Below are positions 17,822 to 26,518 of a DNA stretch of 64,000 nucleotides, in pieces. Numbering within the stretch: position 1 is the stretch's first letter; each line of letters opens with the position of its first letter. The notes below the pieces were generated by a model. It had not been told where the DNA came from. It ran no database searches and saw only the letters and a program-made list of their open reading frames with translations. The stretch spans positions 192,001 to 256,000 of the forward strand of contig CBDFLJ010000001.1 in assembly GCA_965248835.1 (NCBI GenBank), in the 5' to 3' direction. Both the position numbers and the translations under genes were made by a program. Source of the stretch: Alphaproteobacteria bacterium. GTDB taxonomy: Bacteria; Pseudomonadota; Alphaproteobacteria; MPNO01.

Positions 17822-20050
17822 ATGAGCGGCGTAGTCAAACAGCAACCGGAATCGTCAACCCAGGAGGTTCTGGCAGGCCTCGTCGAGCGCGTGACGTTTC
17901 ACAATGCCGATAACGGGTTCTGCGTTCTGAGAACCAAGGCCCGCGGCCATCGCGATCTCGTGACGGTCGTCGGCCATGCCGCCATGGTCTCGGCCGGAGA
18001 GTGGATTACGGCATCGGGGGAATGGATCAACGACCGCACCCATGGTCAGCAATTCAAGGCGCGCTTCATGCGCACCTCGGAGCCGTCCTCGATCGAGGGC
18101 ATCGAGAAATACCTCGGCTCCGGCATGATCCGCGGCATCGGCCCGGTCTACGCCGGGAAGATGGTCAGGGCGTTCGGCGAGCAGGTGTTCGATATCATCG
18201 AGGCGGAGCCGGAACGGCTCCGCGAGGTGACCGGTATTGGCCGGGTGCGCGCCAAGCGCATCACCGACGCCTGGGCGGAACAGAAGATCATCCGCGAGAT
18301 CATGGTTTTCCTGCACAGCCATGGCGTCGGCACGGCGCGCGCGGTGCGGATCTACAAGACCTACGAAGTGGATGCTGTTCAGGTCATGACCGAGAACCCG
18401 TACCGCCTCGCACGCGACATTCGCGGCATCGGGTTCAAGACCGCCGACGCGATCGCCATGAAGCTCGGCATCGAGAAGACGGCCATGATCCGGGTGCGCG
18501 CGGGGATTTCCCATGCGCTGACCGAGGCAATGGACGACGGCCATTGCGGCCTTCCCGCCGAAGAGCTTGCGCCGCTCGCCGTCGAATTGCTGGAAGTCCC
18601 AAACGAGTTGGTTCAGACCGCTCTGGACTTCGAACTGGCCGAGGGAACGGTGGTCGCGGACACGGTTGGCGACACCCCCTGTATATTCCTTGGCGGCCTG
18701 TACCGGGCCGAACGGGCGATTGGCGAACGGTTTCTGAAGCTCGCGGACGGCAAGCTCCCCTGGCCGGATATCGATGCCGGCAAGGCACTGCCCTGGGTCG
18801 AGGGGAAGACCGGCCTGTCGCTTGCAGCGAGCCAGGCCAATGCTGTTCGCCTGGCCCTGACTTCCAAGGCCATGGTGATCACCGGCGGGCCGGGCGTGGG
18901 CAAGACGACCATCGTCAACGCCATCCTGCGCATCCTGGCCGCCAAGGGCGTGGACCTGCTGCTGTGCGCGCCGACCGGCCGCGCCGCCAAGCGAATGACA
19001 GAGGCGACCGGGTTCGAAGCAAAAACGATCCACCGGCTGCTCGAAGTCGATCCCAGGGGCGGTGGGTTCAAGCGCGATGCAGACAGCCCTCTCGACTGCG
19101 GCCTGCTGGTCGTCGATGAGACCTCGATGGTCGATGTCATGCTGATGCAGGCGCTGCTGAAGGCGGTCCCCGACACGGCTGGGCTGCTGATCGTGGGCGA
19201 CATCGACCAGTTGCCCTCGGTCGGTCCGGGCCAGGTGCTGGCCGGCATCATCGACTCCGGCGCGGTCCCGGTCGTACGGCTGACCGAGGTATTCCGCCAA
19301 GCGGCGCGAAGCCGGATCGTCACCAGCGCGCACGGGATCAACCGGGGCGTCATTCCCGATCTTTCCAAGCCCCAGGGTGACAGCGACTTCTACTTCGTAC
19401 AGGCGGACGATCCGGAAACCGCGGTGCCGATGATCATCGAGTTGGTGAAGACGCGCATCCCGAAGCGCTTCGGGTTCGATCCGGTGCGCGACATCCAGGT
19501 GCTGTGTCCGATGAACCGCGGCGGTGCCGGCGCCCGCTCGCTCAACATCGAACTGCAGGCCGCCCTCAATCCGGCCGGCGAGCGCAAGGTCGAACGCTTC
19601 GGCTGGACCTTCGCGCCCGGCGACAAGGTGATGCAGATCGAAAACGATTACGACAAGGAAATCTATAACGGCGACATCGGCTATGTCGACGATGTCGATC
19701 CCGATGAAGGCGAGCTGACCGCGCGTTTCGACGGGCGCGCCGTCGCCTATGGCTTCGGCGAGCTCGACACGCTGGTTCCGGCATACGCCGCGACGATTCA
19801 CAAGAGCCAGGGCTCGGAGTATCCCGCCGTCGTTATCCCCCTCTTGACGCAACACTACACGATGCTCCAGCGGAACCTGCTCTACACCGGCGTAACGCGC
19901 GGCAAACGGCTGGTCGTGCTGGTCGGACAGAAGAAGGCGGTGGCCATCGCCGTGCGCAACGTCTCGGGGCGGCGGCGCTGGTCGAAGCTCAACGAGTGGC
20001 TGGTAACCGTTCCGCCAGGCCGTGATAGTCCAGACGGGCGGAGGCAATGA
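17822..20050 (+). CDS. recD2: RecD2-like SF1B ATP-dependent DNA helicase
   Basis: N-terminal OB/HhH region, TGGPGVGKTT, APTGRAAKR, VVDETSM, GDIDQLPSVG, TIHKSQGSEY, LLYTGVTRGK. Confidence 0.9.
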   Translation: MSGVVKQQPESSTQEVLAGLVERVTFHNADNGFCVLRTKARGHRDLVTVVGHAAMVSAGEWITASGEWINDRTHGQQFKARFMRTSEPSSIEGIEKYLGSGMIRGIGPVYAGKMVRAFGEQVFDIIEAEPERLREVTGIGRVRAKRITDAWAEQKIIREIMVFLHSHGVGTARAVRIYKTYEVDAVQVMTENPYRLARDIRGIGFKTADAIAMKLGIEKTAMIRVRAGISHALTEAMDDGHCGLPAEELAPLAVELLEVPNELVQTALDFELAEGTVVADTVGDTPCIFLGGLYRAERAIGERFLKLADGKLPWPDIDAGKALPWVEGKTGLSLAASQANAVRLALTSKAMVITGGPGVGKTTIVNAILRILAAKGVDLLLCAPTGRAAKRMTEATGFEAKTIHRLLEVDPRGGGFKRDADSPLDCGLLVVDETSMVDVMLMQALLKAVPDTAGLLIVGDIDQLPSVGPGQVLAGIIDSGAVPVVRLTEVFRQAARSRIVTSAHGINRGVIPDLSKPQGDSDFYFVQADDPETAVPMIIELVKTRIPKRFGFDPVRDIQVLCPMNRGGAGARSLNIELQAALNPAGERKVERFGWTFAPGDKVMQIENDYDKEIYNGDIGYVDDVDPDEGELTARFDGRAVAYGFGELDTLVPAYAATIHKSQGSEYPAVVIPLLTQHYTMLQRNLLYTGVTRGKRLVVLVGQKKAVAIAVRNVSGRRRWSKLNEWLVTVPPGRDSPDGRRQ

Positions 20051-20256
20051 ACCGTTGCTGTGGGAGGAGATCGGTCGTGTGCGCGCATCGAACTCAGGGA
20101 ACGGCGGACGATTCCACGGCCTAACGGAACGGATACACTCGGGAAGGCCAACTCCGCCAGACCTGCACCATATTGCGCAGAACTTATAATGAATCCGCTT
20201 ACGGTATGCTTACGTCTTGCCATTAGCCGGCGCTCGCCGGCGAAGTTGGATATAAG

Positions 20257-20291
20257 AAAGCCCCTGAAAACTCCCTTGTTTTCATGGGCTT
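20257..20291 (-). terminator. Hairpin 3' of the second tRNA fragment
   Basis: AAGCCCCTGAAAAC...GTTTTCATGGGCTT, related to the hairpin at 534-568. Confidence 0.5.
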
Positions 20292-20295
20292 GATT

Positions 20296-20318
20296 TGGTT
20301 GCGGGGGTAGGATTTGAA
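20296..20318 (-). other. Second tRNA-fMet 3' fragment (att-like)
   Basis: TGGTTGCGGGGGTAGGATTTGAA matches 573-595 with one mismatch. Confidence 0.75.
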
Positions 20319-20560
20319 GTGCGTCAGGCTAACTGACAAAGGACAGGAGATGAAAGTTCTCCGGAACGAAGGATGAGCCGATCCACGTTTCTCCGCGAGC
20401 CGTGCGCCGGCAGCCGTGAGGTTGTCGGTGAAGCGTCGGTAGCGGCGCGTGTGGGCGGGGCTATTGAGCGCCGAAACCTACGCATTCGAAGTGCCGAGAC
20501 TCTTTCAAAGGTTGAAGGCAACACCGGTTGTGCTGCGATGGTCAGGGTCAGCGTCCGGCC
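20319..20560 (+). ncRNA. Group II intron 5' fragment (part of domain I; no RT ORF, no domain V/VI)
   Basis: Starts GTGCG exactly where tRNA homology stops; AGGAGATGAAAG, GAGCCGTGCG..GTGAGG..GAAGCGTCGGTAG, GCTATTGAGCGCCGAAA and GAAGGCAACAC resemble bacterial IIB domain I elements. Confidence 0.7.
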
Positions 20561-20612
20561 GTCGACGGCCGTAACCTCGCCGCCCTGTCCCGGGTGGGTA
20601 AAGTCGGGTGCT

Positions 20613-21560
20613 TCAGTAAAACATCCAGCAGCGGCCACGCTCTTCCCTGATGAATTCACGCCAGTCCGTCCTGCGGGAGAAAGCCTTGGCCAACGTGTTG
20701 ACGCTGTCGCTATATCCGGCAGCTTCCAGCACTTCCGCTGTCAGGCATTCCGGACTGCCTGCTAGCCAAGCCTCGTACAGCTGCCGAATGACTTCGCGCT
20801 GCTTCGACCCCGAAAACGTGTAACGCTTTCCGCGGACGGTGACCGAGGCGCCGTCGGCCGCCATGGTGATCAGATCGTTGCTCTGTTGGGAGCCCGATGC
20901 GACACGCGCCGCCAGAAGGTCGGAATCGACGACAAGCCCGGTGTGGTTGGCAACATCACGGACCGCGATAATCGAATGACCAAGGTGGACTTGCGCGAGC
21001 AGACGATCCGTTGGGGTCAGGCTGAGGACGATCCGCAACCCGGGTGCCGGGCGCGTGCCAACGGTTTCTACAAAACGGCGCCAGACCGTTGGGTCCGCAA
21101 GTCGGCGACCGACCCAGATCGGCACGCGTTTGCTGCGACCAGGTAGCCGAACCTCCCCCACTTCCCACAGCAGGCCGGGCACGAGCACCCTGGGCGAGGA
21201 CCTACTCGATAGATCCAGCCGATCAAGGAGTTGGTCGATTAGCTTGTCGAAGTCGACGCAAAACGAGGCCATCCGATCGCCCGGCACGGTCACCCAACCG
21301 GCTGACGGGCTGAAGTAGCCGTAGGACCGATGCTCGGGTGACCAGTCCAGATTGACCGGCTCGTCTTCGTGGTCCGCAAGCGAAACGGCTGCCCGCTGAT
21401 GGTCATTCGGCTGGAGGATGCCGTTCGCCTTGAGCGCCGGCGCCACCGCCCCGAAGTAGTCGTCGAGTGTCGAGCTGGTGACAATTGCGTCCGGCGTCTC
21501 GACGACCGACAGAAGGAAATCAACCGCCTGTTGGTCGAGACGTCTGTCGCGGTCAGACAT
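20613..21560 (-). CDS. Hypothetical protein with possible C-terminal wHTH (integrative-element gene)
   Basis: 315-aa ORF overlapping the upstream stop; no catalytic motif. Confidence 0.6.
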   Translation of the reverse strand: MSDRDRRLDQQAVDFLLSVVETPDAIVTSSTLDDYFGAVAPALKANGILQPNDHQRAAVSLADHEDEPVNLDWSPEHRSYGYFSPSAGWVTVPGDRMASFCVDFDKLIDQLLDRLDLSSRSSPRVLVPGLLWEVGEVRLPGRSKRVPIWVGRRLADPTVWRRFVETVGTRPAPGLRIVLSLTPTDRLLAQVHLGHSIIAVRDVANHTGLVVDSDLLAARVASGSQQSNDLITMAADGASVTVRGKRYTFSGSKQREVIRQLYEAWLAGSPECLTAEVLEAAGYSDSVNTLAKAFSRRTDWREFIREERGRCWMFY

Positions 21561-22430
21561 CGCGGAGAATGCCCCAGCGGCGAAGGTACTTCTCGCCGAT
21601 CAGCTGCTCTTCCTCGGTCTGGTCTTTGAGATTGCAGCCATGGGGCATGGTGTTCGTTAGCGGGAGCGTCCGTCCCCGCTTGGCATCGCCTTTGGGCTGG
21701 AACTTGATGGTGAGCTTCGCCTGCGTCGCGATCCATCCGCCGGCCAGCGGATCGCCGGGCCCGAACCGTTCCGCCGACATACTCCAGATGGTGCGATCGG
21801 CCTTGCGCAGGCATTCGAGGGTGACGCGTTCGCCGACATTATCGATCGGCATGAGGCGGAGCTGCTTGACCTCGACGGATTCGATCCCGTCTTCCGGCTC
21901 GGTCGGGAAGTCATAGGGCCGCAGCAGGACTCCGAGATCGTAGTTGCGGAACGGCACCTTGTCGCTCTGGAACTCGATGCCGAGCAAGTCACGCGCCATG
22001 AAGCGCACCATTTCCCCCCGGCTCTCGCGGTCGTTGGCCACGACCTCGATGACGCCGGTCACAGGCTCGTAGGTCATCGCTGCCTCGAACACCGGGTGGC
22101 GGGCGCGCCGAACGAGGGCACCCCATCGTCGAACGCCAGGAAATCGTCCGGCAACCCTTCCCGATAGATCGCGATTTGCACCAGCTCGCAGTCCTCGCCG
22201 TCGAAGGTGGGCCGGTAGCGCCCGAAGATATCGATATGAATATTATTGGACGCGAATCGCTCGAGGAGCGCGGCCTTGAAGGCGTCGAGGGATGCCTCGT
22301 CACGGCGAAGGTCGAGGTTCGGGGCCCCGATGAAGCCGTCCCAACTCCGCCCGCGCCGACGCTCGTCGGTATAGCGGACCTCCTCGGCATGACGGAAGCG
22401 AACCGGTTCGTTGAGGAACATCCAGAGTGC
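21553..22430 (-). pseudogene. 5'-truncated, frameshifted hypothetical gene
   Basis: ORFs 22074-22421 and 21553-22092 read as one protein across a frameshift near 22120; 5' end fused to the integrase remnant. Confidence 0.55.
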
Positions 22431-22885
22431 GCGAGCGTATGGCGCAGGTCGTGAAGGCGAACATCCTCGATGCCGGCTTCCCGCCGGACCGGATACCAGA
22501 GCGGGAGGTTGGGACCACGTGGCCGGGCCAGGTCACGCGGCGATGGAAACACGAAAGAGCTTGGGCCTCGCGGCTGGCGCTCGAGGATGCGCCGGGCCTG
22601 TGTATTGAGAGGAACCGTTCTCGGCCCGGTTTTGCTGTCCGCCAACACAAGGATGTCGTCTTGGACCGCGGACCAGCGCAGGCGGAGGATTTCGCCCTTG
22701 CGGCACCCGGTCAGAAGCAGGAGACGGATGACGTCGGCCTGCTGCCGGCTGCTCTTTCGGGTTTGCCTGTCCAGCACCCGGTGCAGGCGGGCGATTTCCT
22801 CCCGCGACAGGAACCGCGTGTCGTAGGCGGCCTTGCGGCGCGTGAGCGCCCTGACGCGGGCCTCGGTGAGGGTAAGGTTGGGCAT
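22431..22885 (-). pseudogene. Tyrosine integrase remnant
   Basis: Arm-domain start (MPNLTLT..VRAL) joined directly to RFLS.EEI, LTGCRKGEI, KTG and HDLRHT; the C-terminal His/Tyr region is absent. Confidence 0.8.
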
Positions 22886-23041
22886 CTATGTCTCCCGGTT
22901 TCGGTTGCAGCCGGGGAACAGACAGTTGCAGAATCCGTTCCTGGCCGGCTTCGACGGGAGAGAAAAACGACCCTTCCTCAATGGGTTAGCACCGAAGGTG
23001 CGCCGTTGTGGTGTAAGAGCATCGAGCACCGCGCGGTGCGA

Positions 23042-23257
23042 TCAACCGGCGCGGGGGTCCTCATCCATATTCGAGAAATTCGTTATGACGACTTTGCCCT
23101 GCGGAAACTCGGCGACAATGTTCAACCACCCACCCATGGCCTCGATGTAGGCGCGGGGATTGGAGACATACATGTCCGCCCGTCGTTCTAGCTTGGCGAC
23201 GGCGGGTTGCTTGACGTTGAAGGCTTCGCCAAGCGCCCTCTGAGCCTTATGCCCCAT
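23042..23257 (-). pseudogene. XRE/HigA-like antitoxin fragment
   Basis: Q..L......KQPAVAKLERRADMYVS..RAYIEAMGG.L.IVAEFP. Confidence 0.65.
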
Positions 23258-23412
23258 CCGGTGACACTCAGCTAGGCATGCCCCAAAAGCTTCTTTAATT
23301 CCAGGCGAGGACGCGCACGCGTTTGGCGAGGAGCGGAACCAAAAAATTACTCATTTACAGTTGATTACGATATCTATGACGGAAAAGGACATTGATAGAC
23401 TAGCATTGATTA

Positions 23413-23462
23413 TCAGACTGAAGGTCAGAAGGTCGTGGGTTCGAGTCCCGCCACTCCGACCA
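23413..23462 (+). other. tRNA-Pro 3' fragment (att-like)
   Basis: GGTCAGAAGGTCGTGGGTTCGAGTCCCGCCACTCCGACCA: T-arm and Pro-type acceptor end; anticodon arm degenerate, no 5' half. Confidence 0.7.
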
Positions 23463-23742
23463 ATTAAACCTTTGGTCTTTGTATTTTGGAGTGGGCCTTC
23501 GGGGCGAACGGTTCAGCCCAAAGAAAGTGGCCGCATCGGTGGCCTTCCTCGCCGCCGCGGAATTGGGTTTCGCCACCGTGCAGGTCTATAATGTGGATGG
23601 CGGTCGTATGGCCAAGCTGAGATGGCCATAGGGTCGGATCCGGCAAGCCGGCCCGGACAGAGCCGCCTGAATTCGGTTGCGTTGGTGGGTAGTTAATCTA
23701 CACTCATCAATACTCACTTACTTCGAAATAAAGGAGATCTTA

Positions 23743-24159
23743 ATGAGCATTTCAAAAGAAACGGCAACCGGGTTCTATCATGCCTGCGAAAGCGGAAAAG
23801 GCTGGTCGGGTTGCGCTGAATTCTGTCATCCGGATGCGGGGTTTTCCGCGCAGGCTGGAGCCATTGCGGACATGAAATCTCTGGAAGCCTATTGCGACTG
23901 GATGGCGGGCGTTGTGACGATCATGCCCGACGCCAGCTATGACCTCAAAGCGGTCGGGACGGACGAAGAGAACGACAAGGTCACGATCTACGGGGTTTTT
24001 CACGGAACGCACACTGCCGATGGCGGTCCGGTTCCCCTTACTGGGAAGAAGACCGAATCCGACTATGTCTACGTGGCGGATATGCACGACGGCAAAATCG
24101 CACATGTTACCAAAATCTGGAACGACGGATGGACATTTTATCAGCTCGGGTGGGCGTAG
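23743..24159 (+). CDS. SnoaL-like/NTF2-fold ester cyclase family protein
   Basis: RBS AAGGAG; F.GTHT..GGPVP.TGK, YVY....DGKI.H.TKIW. Confidence 0.8.
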   Translation: MSISKETATGFYHACESGKGWSGCAEFCHPDAGFSAQAGAIADMKSLEAYCDWMAGVVTIMPDASYDLKAVGTDEENDKVTIYGVFHGTHTADGGPVPLTGKKTESDYVYVADMHDGKIAHVTKIWNDGWTFYQLGWA

Positions 24160-24249
24160 CCTCTATTAGAGCATCTGAGGCGTCGGATTTTGGGTTGCGG
24201 TCCGCCACCGTTGACACATAGGCGCGCGGGTCGGCGCCTTGGTTCTACC

Positions 24250-24488
24250 GACGCCTTTGGGACTGTTCAGGCCATAACAACGCTTCGTTTGTAGCGATTC
24301 GGTGATGTAATCGCGTATCCGTATGGCGCTCCTTCCCGGTCGTCGGCACGGGGTGGCCACGAACGCATACCATCGCCAATAGCCGCCTCGACTTTGACCG
24401 CATCAACACCCCGATCGGTCCTCACCATGGCGGGCGGCGGTCCGGACGCATATCGTGCGAACGCCGGAACCGGGATGCCGGCAAGCAA
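24250..24488 (-). pseudogene. Eroded N-terminus of a family III (CaiB/BaiF) CoA-transferase
   Basis: LAGI.V....ASGP...M..D.G.D.VKVE...GD.MR.WPP...NR.KRS pattern, then a stop. Confidence 0.5.
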
Positions 24489-24618
24489 CCGGTTCGATTG
24501 CCGTTCGGAGCCTGCTGCGGAGCTTTCGGAAACATTTTAGTCCGTTTTGCAGCCCCCTTCGACTTCAGGCCGGACGGACTGCGGTGCGCACACTCGGATG
24601 TCCGCCACGATAATTTAC

Positions 24619-25695
24619 TTACCCTGCCGTGGCTCCGGATTCTTCTGCTTCCAGTGCGGCGAACAACTTGCGAATGCTCATCACCGCCTTGTCCGACTTG
24701 AGCGGGACTTCCGAATAGCCATCGTCGTCGTACTCGAACATCTTCTGTTGCTTCTCGAGCGCCCAACGATCCTCTTCGATTACCGTAGGGAAAGTCTCCG
24801 AGAATCTTGCCGCAACCGACTTCGAAGAATTGCCGGCGTGCTTGTAGTAAGCCGGTGAGTTGACGATCCAATGCCACTCAACATTCTCGCGATCGATAGG
24901 GAAATGTGTGTGATAGAGGACGTAACCGCGATCCTCTCCGGCACCCAGTTTCCCCGGCGGCGCCACACGAATTTCGACCCGCGTCAGTCCGGGGTTCATC
25001 ATATGGTGGGTGTGGTCGCGGTCGACGAGTTCATAGCCGAACCAGTCGACCATCATCGGCGGCTGCTTGTAGCCTTCCGCGTGCCTTATCGATTTGATCG
25101 TATGATTGCCGTCGATGATATCCTCTTCGAACCTAACGGGTATTCGGCTGTTTGCCTCGTCGCCGATATTACCGTCATGCAACGGATAGAAGTGCGTGAT
25201 ATCGAGAAGGTTCTCGATTACCAAGCGGTAATTCGCGTTCATCCGAATCGCTTCCGAGCTGACCGTATCCCAGTCGTCGCTGACGATTTCCGGCGTCCGT
25301 GGCGGGCGGCAGTTGCCGATCTTTACCGGGTCGCCGGGCCAGAGCCAAACGAGCCCCTCCTGCTCGATGACGGAATAAGGGCGCAGTCTTGCCCGTGCCG
25401 GGATCGGCCCATCGGGTTGGGACGGTATTTTAACGCAGGTCCCTTGGATATCGTAGCAAAGGCCGTGATACGCGCATTCCAGGAGGCCATTCTCCAGCAA
25501 ACGGCCGGCCGACAGCGGCATGCGCTTGTGCACACAGCGATCGTCGAAGGCGACAACCTCACCATCCGCAGCGCGCCACATGACGATCGGTTTTCCGCCG
25601 ATTACGCAACCCTGAAGGTCACCGACCGAGAACTCCGAAGTCAGTCCGGCCGCATACCAGGCGTTCACTATCAGACTGTTCGCGATCATGGTCAC
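24619..25695 (-). CDS. Rieske oxygenase, VanA/O-demethylase-like (alpha3 type)
   Basis: NAWY, DRCVH...ECAYH Rieske site, ENLLDITHFYPLH iron site, EEDRWALE.QQ. Confidence 0.88.
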   Translation of the reverse strand: MTMIANSLIVNAWYAAGLTSEFSVGDLQGCVIGGKPIVMWRAADGEVVAFDDRCVHKRMPLSAGRLLENGLLECAYHGLCYDIQGTCVKIPSQPDGPIPARARLRPYSVIEQEGLVWLWPGDPVKIGNCRPPRTPEIVSDDWDTVSSEAIRMNANYRLVIENLLDITHFYPLHDGNIGDEANSRIPVRFEEDIIDGNHTIKSIRHAEGYKQPPMMVDWFGYELVDRDHTHHMMNPGLTRVEIRVAPPGKLGAGEDRGYVLYHTHFPIDRENVEWHWIVNSPAYYKHAGNSSKSVAARFSETFPTVIEEDRWALEKQQKMFEYDDDGYSEVPLKSDKAVMSIRKLFAALEAEESGATAG

Positions 25696-25833
25696 CTCTC
25701 GATAGCTGGCGCACGCCGATGGACGAGCGATATGTTCTGCGATTGCGGCCCGATCCGCAACGCCGGTTGTGTCCCCGGAGATGGTGTAGGAGTTTTCGCT
25801 TCCCCGGTAGCTGTGGGTGACCGGCTCGCCGTC

Positions 25834-26393
25834 GGCACTGTCAGAGTAACTCGCCTTGAGCCGTGAAGAAAGCTCTCGTAACCTCCAGTGATGGTCAATC
25901 CCTTCCGTTATTTCAACAGCTCGCCCGAGGTAATCCGCCTCGCGGTGATGACGTATATCCGCTATCCGCTGTCGTTACGGCGGGGCCGCGAAGCCGCGCT
26001 CAGGTTTCTGAAGCGGGCTATGAAGCGCTATGGCCGGCCGGCCACGATCGTCACGGACAGGCTACAATCATACCAGGCAGCGATGAAGGTGATCGGCAAC
26101 GAGGGCAGCCGGGAAGACAGGCATTGGCTCAACAACCGGGCAGAAAACTCACATCGACCCTTCCGACGACGGGAACGCGCAATGGCCAAATTCAGGGACG
26201 TAAAAACTCTGCAGAAATTCGCCTCCGTCCATGCCTCGATCCACAACCATTTCGACCACCAACGCCATCTCAATCGCCGCGACATTTTCAAACAAGACCG
26301 AGCTGCTGCGCTGGCCGAGTGGAGGCAACTTGCAGCCTAAGGGGCCTTCAACTGAAGGTTCTGCAGCTCCAGGCCATTTAGTCTGACAATGCC
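25834..26393 (+). mobile_element. Internally deleted IS6-family element (560 bp)
   Basis: IRs GGCACTGTCAGAGTAA / TTAGTCTGACAATGCC; ORF 25888-26340 jumps from RYPLSLR to REAALRFL, lacking the first DDE Asp region. Confidence 0.82.
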
Positions 26394-26518
26394 AGCGCCG
26401 GGGGTTTTTCAGTAGCCTGTTGTGGGAGCGTTCAGAGACTCCGGCCGAAGTTTAACGTTTGCGGTCAGGCAATCCCCTCGACACAATCCGATAAGTCCCC
26501 TGCCGCAGGAGACGCCCA

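Noticed and set aside
17855-20047. 730-aa antisense ORF, and other long shadow ORFs such as 1582-2892, 26744-28006, 48094-49635 and 58027-59574
   Set aside because: They overlap well-supported genes on the other strand or frame, show no motifs and are expected in high-GC coding DNA.
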